This document shows, piece after piece, positions 1 through 7,531 of a DNA stretch of 15,724 nt. The stretch is from a bacterium (GTDB lineage: Bacteria; SZUA-182; DTGQ01). The notes beneath the pieces were generated by a model, which was not told where the DNA came from, did not search any database, and saw only the letters and a program-made list of their open reading frames with translations. The position numbers were made by a program, and so were the translations under genes. The stretch is from contig JBFMGO010000027.1 of assembly GCA_040752695.1 (NCBI GenBank), forward strand, positions 40,907 to 56,630, read 5' to 3'. The stretch's first letter is position 1. Each line of letters begins with the position of its first letter.

Positions 1-490
1 TGAAGGTGTCATGGCCGATATAGGCTGGACCATGGACCTGGGCCTGGTGCGCCAAAGAGACCCGCTCTCCGACATACACGCTGTAGCCCGTGCCGTCACT
101 CACCCTTTGACCGGCAGCGGTGAATTGTCGTCCATGGACGAATTCCCACTCGCCGTGCTCTGACAGCTCCTCGGTCTCGAGTCCGTGGAGAATTACGCCA
201 TCTTGAATATTGGCACCCTCACCCACGAAAATGGGCTGACCCTCATCTGCCCTTACCGAAGCGGCAGGAGAGATCATAATATGTCCTTCCAGCGTAGCAT
301 TACCGATCACTGAGGCCAGGGGATGGACAAAGGTTGTTTCGGCAATGCGCGGATAAGAAGCCTCTTTGCTGAAATCTGTTACGACATTCGGGGCAATATG
401 CTTCATTCCGGCCGAGGCTGTGCCTGCCAGGATCGCAACGGTGATCATCAGGTGAAAGAAAAAAACATGCCATCTTCTTCGCTGAATCAT
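1..490 (-). CDS. cam: Secreted gamma-class carbonic anhydrase, Cam subtype (3' end runs off the window)
   Basis: Manual translation from ATG at 490 (AAGGAG SD upstream): MIQRRRWHVFFFHLMITVAILAGTASA|GMKHIAPNVVTDF...FVHPLASVIG...SVRADEGQPIFVGEGANIQDGVILHGLET...YSVYVGERVSLAHQAQVHGPAYIGHDTF. It matches recalled Methanosarcina Cam motifs (RxDEG, NxQDG, LHxLE, SLAHQxQVHGP) including all three metal-binding His. Absent from the ORF track because no stop lies in the window. Confidence 0.93.
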   Translation of the reverse strand, partial: MIQRRRWHVFFFHLMITVAILAGTASAGMKHIAPNVVTDFSKEASYPRIAETTFVHPLASVIGNATLEGHIMISPAASVRADEGQPIFVGEGANIQDGVILHGLETEELSEHGEWEFVHGRQFTAAGQRVSDGTGYSVYVGERVSLAHQAQVHGPAYIGHDTF

Positions 491-545
491 AACTGCACTA
501 CTCCTTAAAAGTAAGAATTATTATAACTCGTTGACCTTAAAAATT

Positions 546-605
546 CTCATGATGGTAGAACTCATGATGGTAAACATGATAATAAATTATGATGGTAAGG
601 ATGGT
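546..605. repeat. Degenerate 13-15 bp tandem repeat (ATGATGGTA core) upstream of the carbonic anhydrase
   Basis: ctcatgatggtagaa / ctcatgatggtaaa / catgataataaat / tatgatggtaagg / atggt. Confidence 0.7.
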
Positions 606-762
606 TGGAGATTGATCGATGAACCAGAAAAAGCATCTCTCAAAAACCTGATCACAATTTACTGCCTGGAGCGGTGTCAAATGGAGTCATTCATAGAGTA
701 TTGACAGAAAAGATACCTGACGACAGGAAAAAGAGCCTCTTTTTGGGGAGCTGGATTTTTCA

Positions 763-778
763 AGCTTATTTCGTGCCA
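763..778 (-). promoter_or_regulatory. Candidate sigma54 (-24/-12) promoter facing the carbonic anhydrase
   Basis: Minus strand TGGCACG-AAAT-AAGCT: perfect -24 element and exact GG-N10-GC spacing, but AAGC instead of TTGC at -12. Confidence 0.35.
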
Positions 779-1390
779 CCAATTTCTCCGGTTTAATTCC
801 TTAACAAAAGTAATCCAATTACGCAACCACCTCCTTTGGAAGTTCAAACTCGAAGGCTCCCCCCCGTTTTCCCTCTGCGGATATACAGAAGCCCTGCCTG
901 AGCGGCAGGGCATGGACATCTGTGCAGCATTGTACAGCAGCACGGTATTGACACCTCTACTGATAGAATTGAAATAAGGAATCTTGGATCGTGAGCAATT
1001 TTCTGCCTCTTGCTAAGGACTTCTTTGAAAAAAAATAAACTGCTGTATCCAAGAGATTTGGACTTGGCGACAGAAAAGAACAAAAGGGGCAATCCCAGAA
1101 GAGAGAGTGGTAAAACGCATAGTGCTATACCGCCTGCCTACGCTTGGATCGCCAGGTTGCCGGTTTGATTTCATCGACCTTCTGATTTGATTTCGGCCAC
1201 TTCTGCCTTGATCTTTTGGAAAAATATTCTGCTCTCTTCAATGATCTTTTACCAACCTCGTGATCTCTTCGATCGGCAGCTTTGGTTAATACTGTCAATG
1301 AATTTACAGATAGATCTAAACCGTCCCCCCTGGTATTTGTCGCTTGAATCCGGGCTTTTCAAGCATGGCACTTCTTTTCCTCTTCACAAT

Positions 1391-1420
1391 ACTATACTTT
1401 ATTTTTCCTTAAAAAGTCAA
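1391..1420 (-). promoter_or_regulatory. Candidate sigma70 promoter, leftward
   Basis: Minus strand TTGACT-18 nt-TATAGT. Confidence 0.4.
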
Positions 1421-1481
1421 AAATTTTCGATTATATGCAGATAGCTACCAGAATGAATTACTTTGAAGTGCTGGCTTTCAT

Positions 1482-1510
1482 TTGACTTTTCCCGTAACCT
1501 GTGCTAAAAC
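1482..1510 (+). promoter_or_regulatory. Candidate sigma70 promoter for the PHP gene and downstream cluster
   Basis: TTGACT-17 nt-TAAAAC with a TG extended -10, about 90 nt before ATG 1601. The last -10 T is not conserved. Confidence 0.35.
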
Positions 1511-1600
1511 AATAAAGGTTTTAGGTAGATAGCAAGCCAAACTCTATCCAGGCTAATCAAGTGAATAAAACAAAAAGACGAGAAAAGGTCGAAAACCCTC

Positions 1601-2251
1601 ATGATTGATCTTCATACCCATTCTTTATTCAGTGATGGTGTTCTTATCCCTGCCGAATTAATGAGGCGTGCCAAAGTGAGGGGGTGCAGAGCCTTAGGTA
1701 TCACGGATCATATTGATCAGTCCACTTTTGATTATGTCATACCAAGGATCATTACTGCCTGTGCCCGTTACTCCGGCTCCCATGGTATTGTCGCTATCCC
1801 GGGGGTTGAAATTACGCATGTTCCTCCCCAGGACATCATGGGTCTGGTAAAAGAGGCCAGAAAACTCGGCGCCAGGCTGGTGGTTGTGCATGGAGAAACA
1901 CTGGCGGAGCCTGTGGCACCTGGAACGAATCTTGCTGCTTTGCAGGCAGATATCGACATATTGGCCCATCCTGGCCTGATCAGTGAGGAGGAGGTAGCCT
2001 TGGCCGCAGAGCGGTCGATCTGTCTGGAAATCTCGGCAAGGAAAGGGCATTCCCTTACCAATGGTCATGTTGCCAGCATCAGCCGGAAACTGGGTGCACG
2101 GCTGGTTATCAATACCGATTCCCATGATCCTTCGGATCTGATCGACCGGGATACGGCCCGCAAAATCGGATCGGGTGCCGGTATGGTCGGGGAGGAGATT
2201 GATGCAGCCTTTGCCAATTCGCAACGGATCGTGGATCATTGCCTTGCATAG
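1601..2251 (+). CDS. PHP-family metallohydrolase (histidinol-phosphate-phosphatase-domain protein)
   Basis: PHP motifs DLHTHS, ITDH, GVEITH, VVVHGET, LAHPG, NTDSH; 216 aa. Substrate cannot be determined. Confidence 0.88.
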   Translation: MIDLHTHSLFSDGVLIPAELMRRAKVRGCRALGITDHIDQSTFDYVIPRIITACARYSGSHGIVAIPGVEITHVPPQDIMGLVKEARKLGARLVVVHGETLAEPVAPGTNLAALQADIDILAHPGLISEEEVALAAERSICLEISARKGHSLTNGHVASISRKLGARLVINTDSHDPSDLIDRDTARKIGSGAGMVGEEIDAAFANSQRIVDHCLA

Positions 2252-2465
2252 CCCTCTTTTAAGAGAGCCTTATGGGAGAGTGTTCTTCTGGCATTGTGGT
2301 TGAAAAGGGGAGAGGCCCCAGGGATTGAGGGTCAGGACATCGAGACTCAAGGAGCACGTAAGTAACGGATCTGTGAAATGAATGAAAAGCTCAGGTTGAA
2401 GATCAGGTATACTTGCTGCGATAGAGAAGTTTGATCTTAGGCATTAACGATGGAGAGCAACAAAG

Positions 2466-3386
2466 ATGCAGATTAAGAAGAAGTTAACACGAAAACAGTT
2501 TTTGGCCCAAGATGATGAAGTTACCTCATTCATGAAGACGGCTACTGACTGGGTTAAGAAAAATGCCAATCTTATTGTTTTTGGAGTTATCGGGATTGGG
2601 GTCGTAGTTGCAGCCGTTTGGGGGTTCCGCTATAAAAAAGAGTCTGATTTTAAAAATTCCTCCAGGCTTTTATCGGAAGCGCGGCTGAATTACTATGCGA
2701 AAGTGGAGGGAGAATCTGCGGCAGGCAATCCCCTCGAAAGCCAGAAGAGCTTTAAGGATAAAAAGGAAAAGTATGCAGCAGCCATAAGCAGTCTGGATCA
2801 ACTTTTGCAGCTCTACCCTTCCCAGCCAGGTGCGGAAGATGCTCTCTTTCTCAAAGCCGAGGCTTACTACCAGCAGGAGGAGTACGACAAGGCCATTCTT
2901 ATTTACAAGGAATACCTTGAAAAATATAAATCAAAGGGAGCATACAATGCACAGGCACTCACTTCCATCGGTTACGCCTATGAGGCTAAGGATGATTTCA
3001 AGGAAGCTGCTGGGGCTTTCAAGAAAGTAGTTGACGATTATCAGGACTATCTTTTGCGAGACAGTGTGTTCATGGAACTGGGAAGGTGCTACGAACAGAT
3101 GAAAGAGTGGGAAAAAGCAAAGGATGCTTTTCAGAAAGTCGTTATGAATTTCCCTGATTCTCCGCTGCTCAAAGACGCCCAGAGTAAACTGGATGCAATT
3201 GGTCAGCCCCCGGCAACTTCAGCCGGCGGGGCTGAAAAAACTCCCGAGGCAGACAACACTGCTTCTAAAAACGATCAAGCCCCTGAAGAAAGCAGCAATC
3301 AGCCTGCTGCCGACACCGCCCCTGTCCAGCAGCAGGGGCAGAGCCAGGAACATGATCAAGGCGGCAATCTTTCAGACAGTCATTAG
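2466..3386 (+). CDS. Membrane-anchored TPR protein, YfgM-like
   Basis: Basic N-terminus (KKLTRKQFL..DE), one TM helix (LIVFGVIGIGVVVAAVWGF), several TPR helix pairs (ALFLKAEAYY, ALTSIGYAYE, FMELGRCYE), disordered C-tail; GGAG SD. Confidence 0.85.
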   Translation: MQIKKKLTRKQFLAQDDEVTSFMKTATDWVKKNANLIVFGVIGIGVVVAAVWGFRYKKESDFKNSSRLLSEARLNYYAKVEGESAAGNPLESQKSFKDKKEKYAAAISSLDQLLQLYPSQPGAEDALFLKAEAYYQQEEYDKAILIYKEYLEKYKSKGAYNAQALTSIGYAYEAKDDFKEAAGAFKKVVDDYQDYLLRDSVFMELGRCYEQMKEWEKAKDAFQKVVMNFPDSPLLKDAQSKLDAIGQPPATSAGGAEKTPEADNTASKNDQAPEESSNQPAADTAPVQQQGQSQEHDQGGNLSDSH

Positions 3387-3395
3387 GTCAAGTGA

Positions 3396-3947
3396 ATGCA
3401 GTGGCTTAACTATGTGAAAGCGAATATAAGATGGGGAAAGAGAGAGAAACTGATCTTGAAGTGCGTCCTTTTCAGCGTTCCCTTATTCCTGCTTATTCAG
3501 TTTTACTTATTGCCTGCTATCGCAAACGTTAAGGGTATTGCAGAATCTATCCCGAAAAGAAAACAAGACCTGAAAGAGCTGCGGAAATTACGGAACGAGT
3601 TTCTGGATTTCCGTGAAAAAACGGCATGGGTAAACAAAACGCTCCAGGCAAGAGGTCCGGATTTTGAATTTCTCACCTTTATGGAGGAATTGGCCAAGAA
3701 ATGTAAGATCGAGAGTAAGATCATCTCCATGCGGCCAGTAAACCACCCTTCTTTGCTGCCAAATGAAAAGATCGTAGAGATAAACATAGACGGCCTGATA
3801 ACCGACGAGTTGACAAGGTATCTTTATGAAATCGAAAATTCGTCAAAGCTCCTCTTCATAAAAAAAACAACCATCCGTTCAAACTTTGGCCCTAAAAAAA
3901 CACTGGATGTCTCTCTTCAGGTTTCAACCTTAACCGATAAAATTTAA
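3396..3947 (+). CDS. gspM: Type II secretion GspM / PilO-like inner-membrane protein
   Basis: REKxIL motif before a single TM helix, then a coiled coil and a ferredoxin-like C-domain pattern (LTRYLYEIENS..LLFIKK..LDVSLQVST); 183 aa. Confidence 0.65.
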   Translation: MQWLNYVKANIRWGKREKLILKCVLFSVPLFLLIQFYLLPAIANVKGIAESIPKRKQDLKELRKLRNEFLDFREKTAWVNKTLQARGPDFEFLTFMEELAKKCKIESKIISMRPVNHPSLLPNEKIVEINIDGLITDELTRYLYEIENSSKLLFIKKTTIRSNFGPKKTLDVSLQVSTLTDKI

Positions 3948-3961
3948 TTCGATATTTCTTT

Positions 3962-3997
3962 TCGGTTCGAAAAGGAGAATCGGCTCGAAAAGGAGAA
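3962..3997 (+). repeat. 18-bp tandem duplication containing the fabZ Shine-Dalgarno
   Basis: tcggttcgaaaaggagaa / tcggctcgaaaaggagaa (1 mismatch). Confidence 0.85.
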
Positions 3998-4007
3998 ATA
4001 GAAGAAC

Positions 4008-4445
4008 ATGCTTGACATAAAGACTATTTTGGAGCACTTGCCCCATAGATACCCCTTCCTTCTGATTGACAGGGTACTGGAATTCGAAGAACAAAAGCGG
4101 ATTGTAGCTATCAAGAATGTCACGATCAACGAGCCATTCTTTCCCGGTCATTTTCCCGGCAATCCGGTCATGCCCGGTGTTTTGATCATGGAGGCTTTGG
4201 CTCAGGCAGGAGGAGTCTTGTTCCTGGCTTCGATGGGCATCAAAAATCATGGTGTTGTTTACCTGATGGGCATGGATAAGGTAAAATTTCGCATACCGGT
4301 CACTCCCGGAGACCAGCTTCAACTGGAGGTCGAGGCACTCAGGGTTCATCAAAGGGGATGGAAAATGGCAGCAAAGGCTTTTGTGAAGTCAAACCTGGTT
4401 GCTGAGGGACTCATTCTGGCCAGGGGTAGCAGTAGCGAACAATGA
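4008..4445 (+). CDS. fabZ: 3-hydroxyacyl-ACP dehydratase
   Basis: [11 protein letters not shown] and [23 protein letters not shown] signatures; directly upstream of lpxA. Confidence 0.98.
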   Translation: MLDIKTILEHLPHRYPFLLIDRVLEFEEQKRIVAIKNVTINEPFFPGHFPGNPVMPGVLIMEALAQAGGVLFLASMGIKNHGVVYLMGMDKVKFRIPVTPGDQLQLEVEALRVHQRGWKMAAKAFVKSNLVAEGLILARGSSSEQ

Positions 4446-4460
4446 GGGAAATGCAAAGAA

Positions 4461-5234
4461 ATGAATATTCATAGGACAGCCATTGTGCACCCGAACGCTC
4501 AGATTGAAGAGGATGTAACGATCGGTCCTTACTGCATCGTAGGCGAACATGTCATCATTCGCGGCGGAACGGTTTTGGAAGCTCATGTATTCTTAGACGG
4601 GTGGACCGAGATAGGAAAAAATTGTCGTATTTACCCCTTCGCCAGTTTGGGTACTGCACCGCAGGACCTGAAATACCGGGGGGAAAAGAGTGAATTGAAA
4701 ATAGGGCAGGGGACCGTGATCCGGGAGTCGGTTACAGCCCATCGCGGCACCGTAGGAGGAGGAGCGGTTACGCTGATCGGAGACAACTGCCTCCTTATGG
4801 CTTACGCTCATGTCGCCCATGACTGCATACTGGGAAATCAGGTTATCCTGGCGAATGGTATTGCCATGGCCGGGCACGTTACCATTGAAGATCATGTATC
4901 CATCGGCGGGCTGACGGCCATTCACCAGTTTACCAAAATCGGCAGCTACGCCTATATCGGAGGTGCTTCGGCCGTATCCAAGGATGTTCCTCCTTACGGT
5001 ATGGCAGTGGGCAACCGGGCAAAACTGTTCGGGGTGAATTCGATCGGTTTGCAGCGAAAAGGTTTCTCGCCAGAATCAATTGAAAAGATCAAGAAAGCTT
5101 ATCGCAGGCTCTTATCATCCCATCTCAATGTCACTCAGGCTCTTGCCCAGATTGAGACCGAGATTGACAATTCTCCTGAAGTGAGCTACATGGTTGATTT
5201 TATAAAAAATTCATCCAGGGGAATCTGTACTTGA
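4461..5234 (+). CDS. lpxA: Acyl-ACP--UDP-N-acetylglucosamine acyltransferase
   Basis: Hexapeptide repeats; PQDLKY, AHVAHDC, IHQF, KDVPPY and C-terminal SSRGI motifs; 257 aa. Confidence 0.98.
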   Translation: MNIHRTAIVHPNAQIEEDVTIGPYCIVGEHVIIRGGTVLEAHVFLDGWTEIGKNCRIYPFASLGTAPQDLKYRGEKSELKIGQGTVIRESVTAHRGTVGGGAVTLIGDNCLLMAYAHVAHDCILGNQVILANGIAMAGHVTIEDHVSIGGLTAIHQFTKIGSYAYIGGASAVSKDVPPYGMAVGNRAKLFGVNSIGLQRKGFSPESIEKIKKAYRRLLSSHLNVTQALAQIETEIDNSPEVSYMVDFIKNSSRGICT

Positions 5235-5248
5235 TTTTTCAGACAATC

Positions 5249-5403
5249 GTGCGTAATCAAGTGCGCGTGTGTAATCAGGCGATAGTGCGTAATTCAGTAC
5301 CGGTGCATAATGCGTAACCAGGCAATAGTGCATGGTTAGGCAATAATACCGATTATTATATATAATAAGACTTATTATATATAATCAGGTAATAATGCAT
5401 AAT
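5249..5403. repeat. Degenerate ~18-bp tandem repeat plus nested AT palindrome between lpxA and lpxI
   Basis: Units resembling GTGCGTAATCAGGCAATA (gtgcgtaatcaa, gtgtgtaatcaggcgata, gtgcgtaattcag, tgcgtaaccaggcaata, gtgcatggttaggcaata). Inverted repeat attatatataataag-a-cttattatatataat at 5355-5385. Confidence 0.75.
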
Positions 5404-5421
5404 AATGAGGAAATTGAGAAC

Positions 5422-6222
5422 ATGGAAGGTTTAGGGCTGATTGCGGGTAGTGGCCAATTTCCAATCATTGTAGCAGATGAGGCTAAAAAACAGGGGTTAC
5501 GGATTGTAGCCATAGGCATCAGCAGAATTACCTCGCCAGCTTTGCTCTTTCACGTAGATAAACTGTGCTGGATTGAACTTGGAAACTTCAGTAAGCTCAT
5601 CAAAGAACTGAAAGCGGAAAAAATCGATAAGGCCATCATGGCCGGCCAGATTCGGCACGTGAATATTTTCAAGGAAATCAAGTTTGATTGGCGTGCCTTA
5701 CTTTTATTGAAAAGGCTGATCAACAAAAAAGCCGATACAATACTGGGAGCTGTAGCTGATGAATTGGAGCGGGAAGGGATCTATATCCTGGACTCAACCA
5801 AATACCTCTCCAGTCTCCTTCCTCCACCCGGAATCATTACGAAAAGAAAACCCTCGAAAAAAGAAATGAAAGATATTCAGTTCGGATTCGAAATTGCCAA
5901 GCGGATAGCAGGGGCGGACATCGGGCAAACAGTAGTGGTTAAAGACATGACCGTCGTTGCTGTGGAGGCTATGGAAGGAACCGACGAAACGATACGAAGA
6001 GGCGGCCAGATCGGCGGAAAAAGAACGGTTGTGGTTAAGGTGAGCAAACCAAATCAGGACATGCGCTTTGACGTTCCGGTTATTGGCCTCCAGACAATCC
6101 AGTCACTGAAAGAAGCCAAGGCAGCGGTTATGGCTATCGAGTCCGGAAAGACGCTCTTTTTTGACCGGGAAGCGGTTACTGCCGAGGCTGACGGGGAAAA
6201 TATTTCCCTGATCGCGGTTTAG
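5422..6222 (+). CDS. lpxI: UDP-2,3-diacylglucosamine diphosphatase LpxI
   Basis: LGLIAGSGQFP, DIGQTVVV, AVEAMEGTD, KPNQDMRFDVPVIG motifs; follows lpxA. Start placed at ATG 5422 (MEGLGLIAG, GAGG upstream) rather than the track's 5395, which lies in the repeat. Confidence 0.95.
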   Translation: MEGLGLIAGSGQFPIIVADEAKKQGLRIVAIGISRITSPALLFHVDKLCWIELGNFSKLIKELKAEKIDKAIMAGQIRHVNIFKEIKFDWRALLLLKRLINKKADTILGAVADELEREGIYILDSTKYLSSLLPPPGIITKRKPSKKEMKDIQFGFEIAKRIAGADIGQTVVVKDMTVVAVEAMEGTDETIRRGGQIGGKRTVVVKVSKPNQDMRFDVPVIGLQTIQSLKEAKAAVMAIESGKTLFFDREAVTAEADGENISLIAV

Positions 6223-6355
6223 GCAGGGCCGGTTGCAGGGAAGAGAAGAAGGAACCATGCAGTACACGAAACAACCGGGATAAGATATTTTATGTTCGCG
6301 ATAAGGTCTTTTTTTACCTCCTCCAGATTATTATGGATGAATAGGAATAAAAGGA

Positions 6356-7303
6356 ATGGATAAAATACGAGTCGGAGTAATCGGGGTAGGGCATCTGGGG
6401 AAACACCATGCCCGGATTTACTCCGAGTTTGAAGATTGTGAACTTTATGGAGTGGTTGATACCGACCCGAAGCGAGCGCAGGAAATTGCCGCTGAATATC
6501 GGACCAGAGCACTGCATGACTATAGAGACTTGTTTGGCAATGTAGAGGCGGTAAGCATTGCCGTTCCCACGGTATTGCATTATCAGATCGCCAGGGACAT
6601 ACTATCGCAGGGAATTGATGCCCTGGTTGAAAAGCCGATGACCTCAACCCTTCAACATGCCAGGGAATTGATTGATCTGGCCGATCGCCAAAAAGCCATA
6701 TTGCAGGTCGGGCATCTGGAAAGGTTCAACGGCGCAGTATTGGCTCTTGAGAAATACATCGATGACCCCCGTTTTATCGAAACCCACCGGATTGCTCCAT
6801 TCGTAGACCGGGGAGTAGATGTCGATGTGGTTTTAGATCTTATGATTCATGATATCGACATTATCCTGAGTCTGGTAAAATCGAAAACCAGGAACATAGA
6901 AGCCATCGGAGTTCCGGTTATTTCCTCAAAAATCGATATCGCTAATGCCAGACTGGAATTTGAAAATGGCTGTCTGGCTAATGTGACTGCCAGCAGGGTG
7001 TCTTTAAAGAAGGAGCGAAAAATCCGGGTGTTTCAAAAAAATGCCTATTTTTCTCTCAATTACGCTGACTCATACCTCTATTCCTGCACGATAAAAAAAG
7101 ATGACGAAGAAAATAAACCCTATCCGCTTCATGTCGTACGAAGCGATATTCAGGTACAAGAGGTTGAGCCTCTCAGGGCAGAGCTGCAAGCTTTTATTCA
7201 CTCCTGTCATACCCGCAAGAAACCTGTTGTCTCAGGAGAAGAGGGATACGAGGCTTTAGCCGTGGCCTTTCAAATTCTCGAAAAGATTCCTTCCATATCC
7301 TGA
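6356..7303 (+). CDS. gnnA: Gfo/Idh/MocA oxidoreductase, probable UDP-GlcNAc 3-dehydrogenase (GnnA-like)
   Basis: GVGHLGKHHAR Rossmann motif, VEKP, GHLERFN, DVVLDLMIHDID, ASRVS; position after lpxA-lpxI is typical of gnnA. The family call is secure; the specific function is inferred from context. Confidence 0.75.
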   Translation: MDKIRVGVIGVGHLGKHHARIYSEFEDCELYGVVDTDPKRAQEIAAEYRTRALHDYRDLFGNVEAVSIAVPTVLHYQIARDILSQGIDALVEKPMTSTLQHARELIDLADRQKAILQVGHLERFNGAVLALEKYIDDPRFIETHRIAPFVDRGVDVDVVLDLMIHDIDIILSLVKSKTRNIEAIGVPVISSKIDIANARLEFENGCLANVTASRVSLKKERKIRVFQKNAYFSLNYADSYLYSCTIKKDDEENKPYPLHVVRSDIQVQEVEPLRAELQAFIHSCHTRKKPVVSGEEGYEALAVAFQILEKIPSIS

Positions 7304-7340
7304 AGTCTCCGGTAGCTCTTATCGCCTGCTTCCTTCTGTG

Positions 7341-7394
7341 TTCTTAAGGCATCAGTAGTCTCCCCTTATTCTTAAGGCATCGATAATCTCCCCT
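7341..7394. repeat. Two-copy direct repeat, 28-bp period
   Basis: ttcttaaggcatcagtagtctcccct / ttcttaaggcatcgataatctcccct. Confidence 0.8.
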
Positions 7395-7482
7395 CCAAGC
7401 AAGACAACAATCTGCGCAAGATAACAATGTCCCTTTGCTCTCGATGTACCAGTCTATATTGATAGAAGTTTGGCAAACTCTC

Positions 7483-7531
7483 AGGCAATTTTTGTTTACA
7501 TAATCTAAAATTATGTAAACAAAAATTGCCT
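7483..7531. repeat. Perfect 22-bp inverted repeat with a 5-nt loop
   Basis: aggcaatttttgtttacataat-ctaaa-attatgtaaacaaaaattgcct. Confidence 0.9.

Noticed and set aside
464..490. Tat signal in the carbonic anhydrase (QRRRWHVFF)
   Set aside because: Does not fit S/T-R-R-x-F-L-K; a Sec signal is more likely.
1087..1162. c-di-GMP-I riboswitch-like words (GGCAA...ACGCATAG...GCCAGGTTGCC)
   Set aside because: No proper GNRA-capped P2 or tetraloop-receptor stem, and it lies far from the next plus-strand gene. An Infernal search with the c-di-GMP-I model would settle it.
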